IMG/VR virus record: IMGVR_UViG_3300020469_000013
Origin: an uncultured virus (IMG/VR IMGVR_UViG_3300020469_000013)
Taxonomy: Duplodnaviria; Heunggongvirae; Uroviricota; Caudoviricetes; Kyanoviridae
Direction: 5' to 3' (one strand)
Length of the DNA: 64,000 nucleotides
Shown piece by piece: positions 53,160 through 64,000 of this stretch. Numbering within the stretch: the first letter of the stretch is position 1; each line of letters opens with the position of its first letter. Under the pieces are notes generated by a model that saw nothing but the letters and a program-made list of their open reading frames with translations, made no database searches and was not told the origin of the DNA. The translations under genes and the position numbers were made by a program.

Positions 53160-55079
53160 ATGCCATTTACTAAATTTACTAACTTAAATTTTGCTGAAAT
53201 CAAGGAATCTGTAAAGGATTACCTGAGAGCTAACTCTGATTTTAAGGATTTTGACTTTGAAGGGTCAAATATGTCGATCATTGTCGATATATTAGCGTAT
53301 AATTCATATATAACTGCCTTTAATAGTAATATGGTTGCTAATGAGTCCTTCTTGGATTCAGCAACACTACGAGAAAATGTTGTTTCTTTAGCTAGAAACA
53401 TAGGATATGTACCAAGATCACGAAGATCTGCTGAAGCAGTGGTTGATTTTGAGTTTAAATTTGCAGGAAATAGTAATACTGTCACTTTAAAGAAAGGTTT
53501 GGCACTAGTTGGTGCTGTAAGCAACACAAGTTATACTTTTTCAGTCCCAGAAGATGTAACTGTAACCAGTCCTTTGGACTCTGGAGGGATAGGTGGTAAT
53601 AATTCTCCTAGAACTGGTAAATTTTCTGGATTAACTGTCTATCAAGGTACACTTTTAACTAAAAAATTTACTGTAAATGGTAGTTCTGATCAAAGATTCA
53701 TTCTCGACAACTCATTTATTGATTTAAACTCACTTAAAGTAACTGTTAAGAAGTCTGGATCGTCTGCAGGACTATCATTTTCACGAATTGACAATATTAT
53801 TGAGGTTACTCCAGTCTCAAATGTATATCTAATACAAGAAATTAAGAATGAGACCTATGAATTACTATTTGGAGATGGTCTGTTTGGTAAAAAACTAGAA
53901 ATTGGTGATGAAATTGATATTTCTTACATTATAACTGATGGTAAGGATGGGAATGAAGGTAAATTCTTTACTTTCTCAGGAAATATAGTAGATGATGCAG
54001 GAAATTCACTCTCATCTACAAACAATGTAACAGTAATTGCTAGTCAGACCGCTAGAAACGGTACTGATATCGAAGCAATTGACTCTATACGATATTTTGC
54101 ACCTAGAATGTACTCCGCACAGAACAGGGCGGTTACACCTAGGGATTATGAAGCAATAGTTCAGTCTGTTTATCCAAATACAGAGTCTGTTTCTGTTGTT
54201 GGTGGTGAGGAATTGGATCCTCCTGAGTTTGGAACTGTAGTTTTAAGTATAAAACCTAAAAATGGTACATTCTTATCTGACTTTACTAAGCAGAACATAC
54301 TGAATGACTTAAAACAGTATGCAATTGCAGGAATTAACCAACGAATTGAAGATTTAAAGATTTTGTATGTAGAGTTGGACTCTTTCGTCTATTATAACAA
54401 CAGTATTATGGATGATAAAGACCAACTTAAGGCAGAAGTCAGTACATCTCTTACTGAGTACGGAAGATCTGCTAATTTGAACGCATTTGGTGGTAGATTT
54501 AAGTATTCTGAGTCTCAACGAATCATTGATCAGACAGATTCAGCAATTACTTCCAATATTACGAAGGTTACTATTCGTAGAGACCTAAAAGCACTCATAA
54601 ATCAGTCTGCTCAATATGAATTATGCTTTGGTAATCAATTTAATGTAAAAACAGGTGGTGGAACTATCAAATCTACTGGATTTGGTATTAGTGGTGTTGA
54701 AGGTGAAGTGTATTTTACTGATATACCAAGATCTAATGGTATTATGGGTGATATTGCTGTATTTAAACCTGCTACTTCCGCATCAGAGGATGCAGTTGTT
54801 GTTGTTCCTAATGCTGGTACTGTAGATTATGTAAAAGGTGAAGTAATACTCAATACTATCAACATTTCATCAACAGTTAAGGATAATGACATCATTGAAA
54901 TTCAGGCATATCCAGAATCTAACGATGTTATAGGATTAAAGGACATTTACTTAAGTTTGGACATGTCAAATACTACGATAAATATCGTAAGAGACACAAT
55001 ATCATCTGGTCAGCAAATTTCTGGCATAGGATATAAAGTCACCTCTAGTTACTCTAACGGATCGCTAATCAGACAGTAG
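53160..55079 (+). CDS. gp6: Baseplate wedge subunit gp6
   Basis: NSDFKDFDFEGSN, ESFLDSATLRENVVSLARNIGYVPRS, QNRAVT..DY. Confidence 0.93.
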   Translation: MPFTKFTNLNFAEIKESVKDYLRANSDFKDFDFEGSNMSIIVDILAYNSYITAFNSNMVANESFLDSATLRENVVSLARNIGYVPRSRRSAEAVVDFEFKFAGNSNTVTLKKGLALVGAVSNTSYTFSVPEDVTVTSPLDSGGIGGNNSPRTGKFSGLTVYQGTLLTKKFTVNGSSDQRFILDNSFIDLNSLKVTVKKSGSSAGLSFSRIDNIIEVTPVSNVYLIQEIKNETYELLFGDGLFGKKLEIGDEIDISYIITDGKDGNEGKFFTFSGNIVDDAGNSLSSTNNVTVIASQTARNGTDIEAIDSIRYFAPRMYSAQNRAVTPRDYEAIVQSVYPNTESVSVVGGEELDPPEFGTVVLSIKPKNGTFLSDFTKQNILNDLKQYAIAGINQRIEDLKILYVELDSFVYYNNSIMDDKDQLKAEVSTSLTEYGRSANLNAFGGRFKYSESQRIIDQTDSAITSNITKVTIRRDLKALINQSAQYELCFGNQFNVKTGGGTIKSTGFGISGVEGEVYFTDIPRSNGIMGDIAVFKPATSASEDAVVVVPNAGTVDYVKGEVILNTINISSTVKDNDIIEIQAYPESNDVIGLKDIYLSLDMSNTTINIVRDTISSGQQISGIGYKVTSSYSNGSLIRQ

Positions 55080-55080
55080 A

Positions 55081-58000
55081 ATGATCGAAACATATTCTCC
55101 CTTAAGTCCTAGGGTAAAAACTTATCAAGTCGTTAGCGAAATTATACCAGAATTTGCTAAGTCAGAGAATCCTCTGTTCTCCAAATTCTTAGAACAGTAT
55201 TATATCTCTCAAGACTTCCAAGGTGGACCTGCAGACATTGCGGAGAATATTGATGCGTATATTAAAGTTGATAATTTAACTACTGATGTAATAAGAGGTA
55301 CAACTACACTTGTTGGTACTATTTCATCAACAGATACTACAGTTACAGTAGATAGTACTGATGGATATCCTCAAAAATATGGTCTTTTTCAGATCGATAA
55401 TGAAATATGCAGTTATAGTGGCGTAACTACAAATAGTTTTACTGGTGTTTGGCGTGGTTTTAGTGGAATCTCTACATTTTCCAAACAAAACGACCCAGAT
55501 GAATTAGTATGGCAACAAACTATTGCTGGAATTCATACTACTGGTGCAAATGTAGTAAATCTTAGTTCTTTATTCTTAAAAGAATTTTATAAGAATTTAA
55601 AAGCGATGTATGCTCCTGGTTTAGAGGGAGTAACGCTTTCACCTCAGTTAGATGTTAATAATTTCATAAAAGAAGCAAGAAGTTTATATGAAGCAAAGGG
55701 AACTCGTGCATCTTTTAAAATTCTTTTCAAAGCACTGTTTGGAGTTGATCCAAAAATCAATGATTTAGAGAAATATCTAATAAAACCATCTTTTGCGAAT
55801 TATTTGCGTAGAAAGACTGTTTCTGTTCAATTAATATCTGGTAATCCTCAAGAATTAGTTGGTCAGACACTTTTCCAAGATAATGATCCAACAAACCCTC
55901 AATTAAACGAAGCGTCAGGTCCTATTTCTGAAGTATCGCTAATTAGAGACGATTATTTCAAACTTTCTCTCTTTACAGGTTTTGATGAACGAGGTTTGAC
56001 TGATGGTACCTTCGTAGTACCTGGACGAAGTAGTAATATTGGAATAATTGGTATTGGTGCGTCTGTTATTACCGTAGATTCTACAATTGGGTTTTCTAGC
56101 ACTGGTACAATCAAAGTTGGTGAAATTGGCACATCATTTTATCAGACATTTACATATGACTCAAAAAGCATCAATCAATTCTTTGATGTTGCTCCTCCAG
56201 TTAGTATAGAGATACCAAACAACAGTACAGTATCTACTTTTAACATTGTTTATGGGTATGAGGGTGGAGATTCTACTAAAAAGGTAGAAATGCGTCTAAC
56301 TGGTGTACTTTCTAAATTTAATACTAGCAGACCTCTCCGAAATTTAAAATCTACCTCGGCTATCAAGGTAAAGAACTTAGGACGCTATATTGCCAACCCA
56401 GTTATCAGTAAATCCTATGAAGAGGTGTTTTTTAATAGTTGGGTTTACAATACATCTACTAGATACGAAATTTTAAGTTTTGCTGGATCCATATTTACCC
56501 TTGTTGGTACTATTGAAAAAAGCAGTTTAAAAGTTGGTGATAAAATTGAAATTTTGCGTAGAAACAGCGAAGTTCTTGTTGCTAGCTCTCTAATTGTTGA
56601 TAGTATTGATACAACTGCTTCATCTATCAGTCTTGACGGTAGTATTCCTACTCTTGACCCTCTTTTATTATATGATGTGCGAAGATTGCAAAATAAAGTA
56701 AAATCTTCAATTGTTCCAGTAAAAGGTGGACAAGAACAGTTATTAACAGATATTAATAATGCATATATCGTAGATGAGTCTAAATCAGCATCATCAAAGA
56801 GAGAAGGTTATGTTGCTTCTAGTTCTCTTCCTAGTTACACTATAGATTCTGATAGAATTCATGCGGAGTTGATAAATCCTTCTATTGCTTCTGGAAACTG
56901 GGAAGGATACGATAGTGTAGAAAACAGATATAGTATTATTTCTTTTGCAGCAGATGTTCCATTTGAAACTGGAGATGAAATCATATATGCACCAGAACCA
57001 GGAACACAGGTTATTGGTGCGTTAGATTCTCCAAGTTATTTTGTAGAAGTACTAAGTTCAAAAAATAAAATAAAATTATATCCATCTCGTTCTTTTATTA
57101 AAGCAAATTTACCATCATTCTTTGTTGCACCAACTTTACCCACAGGTAGACATGATTTTATACTTGCTAGTCAAGGAAAAAGGAATATCTTCCCTGCAAG
57201 ACCTATAAAAAGATATGTTTTAGAGCAGCAACTCAAAAGCGGTAAAGAAGGTCAAACTACTTCCGAAATTACCGTAGATGGTAATACAGGAATGCTTGTG
57301 AATGGTATTGAGATATTAAACTATAAAGGTGCGGATACACTCTTCTACGGTCCTGTAAATAAACTCAATGTTTTAAACAGTGGTGCAGGTTATGATGTTC
57401 AGGCACCTCCAAACATCACTATTACTGACGAAACTGTTAGTATCGGAAATACTGCAGGTGCAGTTCCAGTTTTAAGCGGAATTGTATCAAGTATTCTTAT
57501 TGACCCATTTGACTATGACCTTGATAAGGTTATTAGCGTAGAAATTTATGGTGGTAATGGTAGTGGTGCTATTGGTAGAGCATTAGTTGAAGAACGATTT
57601 AGACAAGTATTTTTTAATGGTATTAGCACTAATCTTGGTGGTGATGTTAGTTCAACTTATAATTCATTCAATCTTAATAAAGATCATAACTTCTTAACTG
57701 GAGATAGACTTGTATACGATAATAACGGTGGTACCAACATTGGTGTTGCTACAACAGGAGGAGTTAATGATACTTTAACATTATTTGGTGGTCAAGATTA
57801 TTATATTAATGTTATTAACTCAAAAGACTTTACTCTTCATAATAATAAGCAAGATTCGATTATTGGTATTAATACAATATTAATTGAAGAAAATGCTGCT
57901 GCAAGTAACGCAGGTCTTCATATTTTCCGTACTTTTGATAAAAAACGCACTATTAGTAGAATTAGTTTAGAAGATACTGGTTCAGGTTACGCAAATAGAA

Positions 58001-61000
58001 ATATTTTAGTAAAACCAGTTGGAATTAATACTTTTAATGATTCTGTTGAGTTTATTAATCATGGACTTACAGATGGAGAAGTAGTTGAGTATGAAAATGG
58101 CACAAACGCTGTCATAACAGGTCTCAGTACAACGAAACAGTATCAAGTACTAAAGATAGACGACGATAAGTTTAGACTTGCGGAAGCAGGTAACAAAGGC
58201 GATAGAGAGGCAACGGAAACAAATTATGTTAATCGTCAGAATGTATACCTAGACTCTATGGGTGCTGGTTCTGGATATCACCTTTTCAAATATCCGCCAA
58301 TTGTATGTAAAGTTAAAGTATTAACTAAAGATCAACAAGAAAAAGAACCTACAGCGACTCCAGTTGTTAAGGGACAGATTGATGATATTTTAGTGTATAA
58401 CCAAGGTTCAAACTATGGATCCACAATTTTAAATTTCCCAAATCCACCTATCATTAGTGTCCCTACAGGAAATTTGGGTCAGATTGGTATCGTTGTTGCA
58501 AATGGTAGTGTTACTGATGCATTTGTTGCGAATGGAGGAAGTGGTTATGTAGGACCTCCTGATCTCAATGTGGTTAGTGTAGCAACTACATCTCAAGGTG
58601 CAATCTTAAGAGCTATTGTAAATGATAGTGGTTCAATCACAGATGTTAAAGTTATATCTGGCGGTGTTGGATATGCAGCAACTAATACTAGTGTTAATGT
58701 TGTGCCTGTTGGTTCTGAGTTTAAGGCAGAAGCGACTGTAAGGGGTTTAACTGTTAATAAGGCATATCGCTTGAATCAGTCCGAAATGGACTTCCTACAA
58801 CCAATTGGAGACGGTCTAGCACTTAACATTGTTGGATACGGTAATACTATTAGAAATTTCTTTGCAGATGATGGAACAGGGCATTCTCCTATCATTGGTT
58901 GGGCATATGATGGAAATCCAATATACGGTGCTTATGGATCTGTTGATGTTGATAGTGTTCAGTCTGATGTTAAGAAGATGGTATCTAGTTATGATATATC
59001 AGCGACCAATATTGAAAATAGACCTCCTTCATCATTATTCCCATATGGATATTTTATAGACGATTATGTCTACACTGGAAACGGAGATTTAGACGAACAT
59101 AATGGAAGGTTTACTAAAACTCCCGATTTCCCTCAAGGAGTCTATGCGTATTTTGCCACAGTAGATCTTTTAAATGATCCCCAATTCCCATTCTTTGTTG
59201 GTGACACATATAGATCTTTTGCTATTGAAGAAAATACTGTAAAAGGTAAATTACTAGATCAAGTTACTTTTGACTTTAATAATTCAGAACTTGTAAGAAA
59301 TACACAACCATATAACTTATTTGGAGATGGTGTTAGTTATGATTATCTGTTCCAACCATATAGAACTAATAATCAGGTTTCAAATCCAAGCAATCTATTG
59401 CAAGGTGCTGTAGAAACCATTGATATCTTAAGTAGAGGTTCTGGATACAGTATTGGTGAGAAAGTAATTTTTGATAATACAGGCACAAATGGTGTTGGTC
59501 TAGATGCAGAAGTTAAGAAACTTCACGGAAAACCAATTGATAATATTAGTAGTTCTGTAATTACATTATCAAATCTTCCTATCAAACACACCAGACAGGG
59601 TGTTGTTTTCAAAGCAACTCCGTATCATGAATTTAAAGGATCAGATACTGTAAGAGTAACTGGCATATCAACTTATATTAAAGGATTAGAAGGATTTAAA
59701 AAGATTGCAGTTGCAAGTTATTCCGCATCTTTGACAGATAATGGTTATACTGGTATTATCACAGATCTAAGAGTTGACTTTGTTCCTGATAATGTTGCAG
59801 TAGGTGACTCTATTGGTATTGGTACAGAAACTGCTCGTATTCTTGGTTTCTTCCCTAATGAAAAAATTGTTAGAATAGAAAGATATGCTGGTTTTACTAC
59901 TGCTGCAGTAGGATCTGCTGTTACATACTTTACTAGTGAGTTCACAGTTCCTGTAGAGACAAATCCTTTTGACTCTAGTTTTCAGAATTTAATCTATTTT
60001 AACCCTAAAGAATCTGTTGGTGTTGGAACAACGGTTGGAATCTCGACTAGTGTTGATGTATCTCTTAACGGAGTTACTAAACAAAGATCTATTCTTGCAC
60101 AAACTATACATTTACCTAATCATGGTCTTAAAACTAATGCTAAGGTCACCTTCGACAAACGAGGTAATACTGACCTTTTTGCTACTGATTCCATAAGTCC
60201 GTATACTGCTCCAAGTGCTTTGAGTGGTGATTTTTATGTTATCAATAAATCACCTGATACTATTGGTCTTAAAACTAATACAGACGGTCCTGCTCTGTTC
60301 TTTACTACAACAGGTGATGATAAGGCAAATTATTCAGTAGTAACTAACTATAAACAAGAAACTGCAACTGTTAGAAGAAGTCAGGTAACTATTCAAACAA
60401 CTGAAGATCATGGTTTAGAAGAAAATGATAGATTTGATTTAATAGTCAAAACAGGATTGACTACTGGTATTGGTACTTCTACAAGAGCAACGGTTAAACT
60501 GATTGACGGTTATACAGTTATTAATCCTTTAGATATTCCTACAAGCGGAGTTAATACCACAACTAGTATATTTACTGTTGAGGATCATGCTTTAGATACA
60601 GGATTTAAAGTTTTAATGTATGGTTCTGGTGGAGATCCATCTCAACTTCCTGCTGGATTAGAACAAAGAACATATTATGTTTTAAAGATTGACGCAGATC
60701 AATTCCAACTAGCAAATACCGAAAAACAACTTCGTGCGGATCCACCTGAAGTTGTTGGATTTACATCTGTAGGATATAGTGGACAAACTATCAATCCTAT
60801 CAATCCACCAGTTACAGTATTCCGTGAAAATAATATTGTATTTGACCTTAATGATCCTAGTCTATTAGGAGCAAAACTCAAATTCTTCTATGATAGAAAT
60901 AATTTTAACGAATATGTCGGAACAGGATCTACTGCAAATCTAGAAGTTGTTGGAGTGGGTACAGTTGGTATCGGAACAACAAATCCTCCTGATCTACCAT

Positions 61001-64000
61001 ATAAGCAGATTAATTATAGTGATAGTCTTAAAAACACTCTTTATTATGCAATAGAGAAAGGTGGATATATTACAACTAGCGAAACTGATGTATTATACGG
61101 AAATGAGATAAAATATGCTGACAGTGGGTATAATGCAAAGCAGTATATTGCAACTGGAGTAGCTGGAACTGTATTTACTGCTAACATTGGTGCAGAACCA
61201 GAAAAAGATCATTACACTCAAGAAGATTGTGCTGAATTATATTATAGTCATACAGGTGCTGCAGCAACTGGCGGTATATCGCAAATAAGAATTATTAACG
61301 GTGGATTTGGATATCAGAGACTTCCTGCTGTAACTTCTGTTGGATCTAGTGGTATTAGTGCGGAATTAGAATTATTTGGAACAGATATCAACCTACTAGG
61401 AGATGTAAGTGTTCCTACAGATGTTTATGGATATCCTTCTGATGGTACATTGAACCCAGATGCATTCTTACCTAGAATTCTACTAATTAAGAATGCGAGT
61501 AAGGTTCTCTCCGCATCAGTTCTATTTGGTGGTAGATCATATCTTAATGCACCTGCTCTTGCTGTATTTGATAAGACAACTGGAGAAATAGTTACTAATG
61601 GTCTTCTTACTGCGGAATTGAGTGATACTGCTGTAAACAAAGTCAATGTTATTGTTGAACCTAGAGGTTTAACAGGTAACGATTATGGTATTGCACCTTT
61701 AAGAAATAGTAATGGTATTAGTATTATTGAGGCATTTTCAGATGTAGGAGTTCTTACTTGTAAAATTACTACGCCTATTCTTGGATATGACACGGAACCA
61801 TTTACTATTGGCGAATCTGTTTTTCTTGAGGGTATAGATTTTACTGCTGGTACTGGAGACGGATTCAACTCTGGAGATTATAAATTTATTGATTTTCAGA
61901 TAGCAGATTATAATAGTGCAGTAAACCCAAGACAGGTTACATTTACATACACTGGATTGAGTAGTAATCCTGGTATTGGTGCAACTGTGGTTACTGGTTT
62001 TGGTCAAATTGTAAAATCTGGAGATCTTGCGAGATTTGATGCAACTAAAACATTCTCAGAATTTAGAACTAATGAACCATTAAGAAGAAACAGTGATTTA
62101 TTCACAGATTTGATAATGACCGATATTGATGTCAATACAGGCATCATGGTTGTTAGTGGATCTATAAATCTTCAAATTGACGATAAATTACTAGGAACTA
62201 ATAGTGGTGATGTATGCGAAGTTCAAGCAATTACAGAATTTGATGGTTATTTTGAAATTGCATCAACAATTGATACGAATGTAGGTTGGGCAGATAATAT
62301 TGGTCTAATTGGTGATAATAATCAATTCTTACCAGATAATGATTACTATCAGAATATGTCTTATGCTATTGAGAGTGAAAAGACATATGAAGAACTAATT
62401 ACATATGTTAATGATATTGTACACCCTGCAGGATTTAAAAACTTTGCAAACACTCAAATTTTAGCAAAAGGTAATGCTGGTGATACATTTATTCCTGCTG
62501 CAGATGCTGGTGGATTAGTTCTTGACTTTGTTAGTGATCCACTTAGAGTAGATTCTATTTACAATTTTGATATTGCTAGAGATGCAAATTCTGCTGATAA
62601 TCTATCTAAGTTTATAGAACTTCAGCAAACAAGACTTGCAGATTTTATTCTATGTAAAACAAATAGAGTTCTCTTACATGATGACATTAGTTCCCAATTC
62701 ATTAGCAATGAATCAAACGATTTAAGTGACAGTAGAGTTATTGCTGCTACTATTGCTGGTAGATATTTCTCAAGATATCTTGTACAAACAATACACGAAG
62801 CACAAGATCCAGCTAAGAATCATTTTCAATTAAATGAATTAATTCTTATTTCATGTAATGATGATACTTTCTTAGTTCAAAAGAGTGCTCTCAACAATAC
62901 AAACCAAGTTGGTTTAGCAACTGGATATGGTGAGTTCTTTGCTCAATATAATATTAATAATGGACAAACACAGGTAAGAATTAAACCTTACGAACCATTT
63001 GATACAAACTATGATATTAAAGCATTCCAGCAAGGTTTTGCTGATGCTGTTGGTACTGGTCAAACTGAATTAGGTAATGCAGAAGTTAGGAGTGTTAATA
63101 TTTCAGTAGGTTCGGGCACAACAACCGATATTGTAGGAATCAATACAGTTAATTTGGCAGGTGTTCATGGACATATCGTAGTCATTAATAAAAACTCTAA
63201 TAAAGTAGATTATCATGAGGTAGTCTTACAACATGATGGTGTTGATACTTATTTGACTGAGGTAGGAGCATTTAATAATAGGCAAAGTCTTGGTGGATTA
63301 TCTTCTCCACAGTTTATGGGAACATTTACTTCTTCTATTGATACTGGTGCAGGTGGAGTTGTAAAACTTAAATATGTTCACAGTGAGGCAAATAGCATAG
63401 ACCTTAGATGTAAGTTCTTAAATTTCAATCCTGTTGGATATGGAACTACATCAGTGAAGCACTTTAACATTCCATTTACACCCGAAGGATCGGAAAGAAG
63501 TGGAAGAATAGTTGTAGGTTCCTCTGCAACAACAGGAATTGCAACTGTATGTGGAATTACATCATTTACTGATCTATCTTTCAAATCTACAGTTTCTGTA
63601 AGTTACGGAAGTACTCAAACATTCCATCAAATATATGTTTTATCAGATCCAGTTAAAGTAGATACATTCTTATCTCAAGGACCTATTGCTGCAGTTGGAA
63701 CGACTACTGGTATTGGAACATTTGGTGCTGAGTTTAGTGGTGACCAAGTTAATCTAGAATTCTATCCAGATGCAGGAGTAACAGGTATTGTTAGTATCTT
63801 CTCTTATAATGAGATAATATATCAACAAAATGATCCTAATGGACTTCTTGCTGGTATTGGATCATTTAACTATGGACAAGTATTTGAAAATCAAACTCAA
63901 AATACTTACTTGGGTATAAACAATAGAAACCTTAGAAAGTTTGGATTAAAGTATCAAAGTACTCCAATTTACCAAAGAGCATTTAACCCTCAAAATGTTA
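55081..64000 (+). CDS. gp7: Large baseplate wedge initiator gp7-like protein (partial, >2970 aa, runs off window end)
   Basis: Starts MIETYS...IPEF....FLEQYY.SQ..QGGP.DI..N.D.Y.KVD; contains HSPIIGWAYDGNPIYG near 58880; not in ORF track because no stop in window (frame spot-checked, not every codon). Confidence 0.85.
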   Translation, partial: MIETYSPLSPRVKTYQVVSEIIPEFAKSENPLFSKFLEQYYISQDFQGGPADIAENIDAYIKVDNLTTDVIRGTTTLVGTISSTDTTVTVDSTDGYPQKYGLFQIDNEICSYSGVTTNSFTGVWRGFSGISTFSKQNDPDELVWQQTIAGIHTTGANVVNLSSLFLKEFYKNLKAMYAPGLEGVTLSPQLDVNNFIKEARSLYEAKGTRASFKILFKALFGVDPKINDLEKYLIKPSFANYLRRKTVSVQLISGNPQELVGQTLFQDNDPTNPQLNEASGPISEVSLIRDDYFKLSLFTGFDERGLTDGTFVVPGRSSNIGIIGIGASVITVDSTIGFSSTGTIKVGEIGTSFYQTFTYDSKSINQFFDVAPPVSIEIPNNSTVSTFNIVYGYEGGDSTKKVEMRLTGVLSKFNTSRPLRNLKSTSAIKVKNLGRYIANPVISKSYEEVFFNSWVYNTSTRYEILSFAGSIFTLVGTIEKSSLKVGDKIEILRRNSEVLVASSLIVDSIDTTASSISLDGSIPTLDPLLLYDVRRLQNKVKSSIVPVKGGQEQLLTDINNAYIVDESKSASSKREGYVASSSLPSYTIDSDRIHAELINPSIASGNWEGYDSVENRYSIISFAADVPFETGDEIIYAPEPGTQVIGALDSPSYFVEVLSSKNKIKLYPSRSFIKANLPSFFVAPTLPTGRHDFILASQGKRNIFPARPIKRYVLEQQLKSGKEGQTTSEITVDGNTGMLVNGIEILNYKGADTLFYGPVNKLNVLNSGAGYDVQAPPNITITDETVSIGNTAGAVPVLSGIVSSILIDPFDYDLDKVISVEIYGGNGSGAIGRALVEERFRQVFFNGISTNLGGDVSSTYNSFNLNKDHNFLTGDRLVYDNNGGTNIGVATTGGVNDTLTLFGGQDYYINVINSKDFTLHNNKQDSIIGINTILIEENAAASNAGLHIFRTFDKKRTISRISLEDTGSGYANRNILVKPVGINTFNDSVEFINHGLTDGEVVEYENGTNAVITGLSTTKQYQVLKIDDDKFRLAEAGNKGDREATETNYVNRQNVYLDSMGAGSGYHLFKYPPIVCKVKVLTKDQQEKEPTATPVVKGQIDDILVYNQGSNYGSTILNFPNPPIISVPTGNLGQIGIVVANGSVTDAFVANGGSGYVGPPDLNVVSVATTSQGAILRAIVNDSGSITDVKVISGGVGYAATNTSVNVVPVGSEFKAEATVRGLTVNKAYRLNQSEMDFLQPIGDGLALNIVGYGNTIRNFFADDGTGHSPIIGWAYDGNPIYGAYGSVDVDSVQSDVKKMVSSYDISATNIENRPPSSLFPYGYFIDDYVYTGNGDLDEHNGRFTKTPDFPQGVYAYFATVDLLNDPQFPFFVGDTYRSFAIEENTVKGKLLDQVTFDFNNSELVRNTQPYNLFGDGVSYDYLFQPYRTNNQVSNPSNLLQGAVETIDILSRGSGYSIGEKVIFDNTGTNGVGLDAEVKKLHGKPIDNISSSVITLSNLPIKHTRQGVVFKATPYHEFKGSDTVRVTGISTYIKGLEGFKKIAVASYSASLTDNGYTGIITDLRVDFVPDNVAVGDSIGIGTETARILGFFPNEKIVRIERYAGFTTAAVGSAVTYFTSEFTVPVETNPFDSSFQNLIYFNPKESVGVGTTVGISTSVDVSLNGVTKQRSILAQTIHLPNHGLKTNAKVTFDKRGNTDLFATDSISPYTAPSALSGDFYVINKSPDTIGLKTNTDGPALFFTTTGDDKANYSVVTNYKQETATVRRSQVTIQTTEDHGLEENDRFDLIVKTGLTTGIGTSTRATVKLIDGYTVINPLDIPTSGVNTTTSIFTVEDHALDTGFKVLMYGSGGDPSQLPAGLEQRTYYVLKIDADQFQLANTEKQLRADPPEVVGFTSVGYSGQTINPINPPVTVFRENNIVFDLNDPSLLGAKLKFFYDRNNFNEYVGTGSTANLEVVGVGTVGIGTTNPPDLPYKQINYSDSLKNTLYYAIEKGGYITTSETDVLYGNEIKYADSGYNAKQYIATGVAGTVFTANIGAEPEKDHYTQEDCAELYYSHTGAAATGGISQIRIINGGFGYQRLPAVTSVGSSGISAELELFGTDINLLGDVSVPTDVYGYPSDGTLNPDAFLPRILLIKNASKVLSASVLFGGRSYLNAPALAVFDKTTGEIVTNGLLTAELSDTAVNKVNVIVEPRGLTGNDYGIAPLRNSNGISIIEAFSDVGVLTCKITTPILGYDTEPFTIGESVFLEGIDFTAGTGDGFNSGDYKFIDFQIADYNSAVNPRQVTFTYTGLSSNPGIGATVVTGFGQIVKSGDLARFDATKTFSEFRTNEPLRRNSDLFTDLIMTDIDVNTGIMVVSGSINLQIDDKLLGTNSGDVCEVQAITEFDGYFEIASTIDTNVGWADNIGLIGDNNQFLPDNDYYQNMSYAIESEKTYEELITYVNDIVHPAGFKNFANTQILAKGNAGDTFIPAADAGGLVLDFVSDPLRVDSIYNFDIARDANSADNLSKFIELQQTRLADFILCKTNRVLLHDDISSQFISNESNDLSDSRVIAATIAGRYFSRYLVQTIHEAQDPAKNHFQLNELILISCNDDTFLVQKSALNNTNQVGLATGYGEFFAQYNINNGQTQVRIKPYEPFDTNYDIKAFQQGFADAVGTGQTELGNAEVRSVNISVGSGTTTDIVGINTVNLAGVHGHIVVINKNSNKVDYHEVVLQHDGVDTYLTEVGAFNNRQSLGGLSSPQFMGTFTSSIDTGAGGVVKLKYVHSEANSIDLRCKFLNFNPVGYGTTSVKHFNIPFTPEGSERSGRIVVGSSATTGIATVCGITSFTDLSFKSTVSVSYGSTQTFHQIYVLSDPVKVDTFLSQGPIAAVGTTTGIGTFGAEFSGDQVNLEFYPDAGVTGIVSIFSYNEIIYQQNDPNGLLAGIGSFNYGQVFENQTQNTYLGINNRNLRKFGLKYQSTPIYQRAFNPQNV

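Noticed and set aside
58829..63584. Short ORFs listed in the track within the last 9 kb
   Set aside because: All lie inside the continuous gp7-like reading frame starting at 55081

Overview
This window is a 64 kb segment of an AT-rich T4-like marine cyanophage (cyanomyovirus). It is probably Prochlorococcus/Synechococcus-infecting, inferred from ho1, talC, cp12, phoH, thyX and psbN-/nblA-like genes alongside T4 core genes. Order: end of a sugar epimerase; an NtcA-box / glutamine-riboswitch / DUF4278 module; thyX-2OG-phoH-exonuclease-gp33-gp32; baseplate/tail genes (gp53, gp48, gp2-like, gp4, gp54-like, gp26, gp51, two long tail proteins, gp27-like, split gp5) interrupted by ho1 and cp12; a manA-like ncRNA; talC, 2OG oxygenase and a nitrilase; a cluster of signal-peptide proteins; tail fibres and a Gly-rich gp38-like adhesin; two halogenase-family genes; a long array of small early-type genes; gp25, gp6 and a large gp7 running off the end. 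The most notable features are: (1) two interlocked glutamine-riboswitch aptamers, one with a whole ORF in its P2 loop, behind an NtcA box; (2) a ~255 nt highly base-paired RNA I cannot assign; (3) nine copies of a 24 bp quasi-palindrome at a fixed 28-30 nt upstream of -10 boxes, dividing the early region into cassettes; (4) a candidate -1 frameshift fusing gp26 to gp51. All family calls are from motif recognition by eye; no searches were run.
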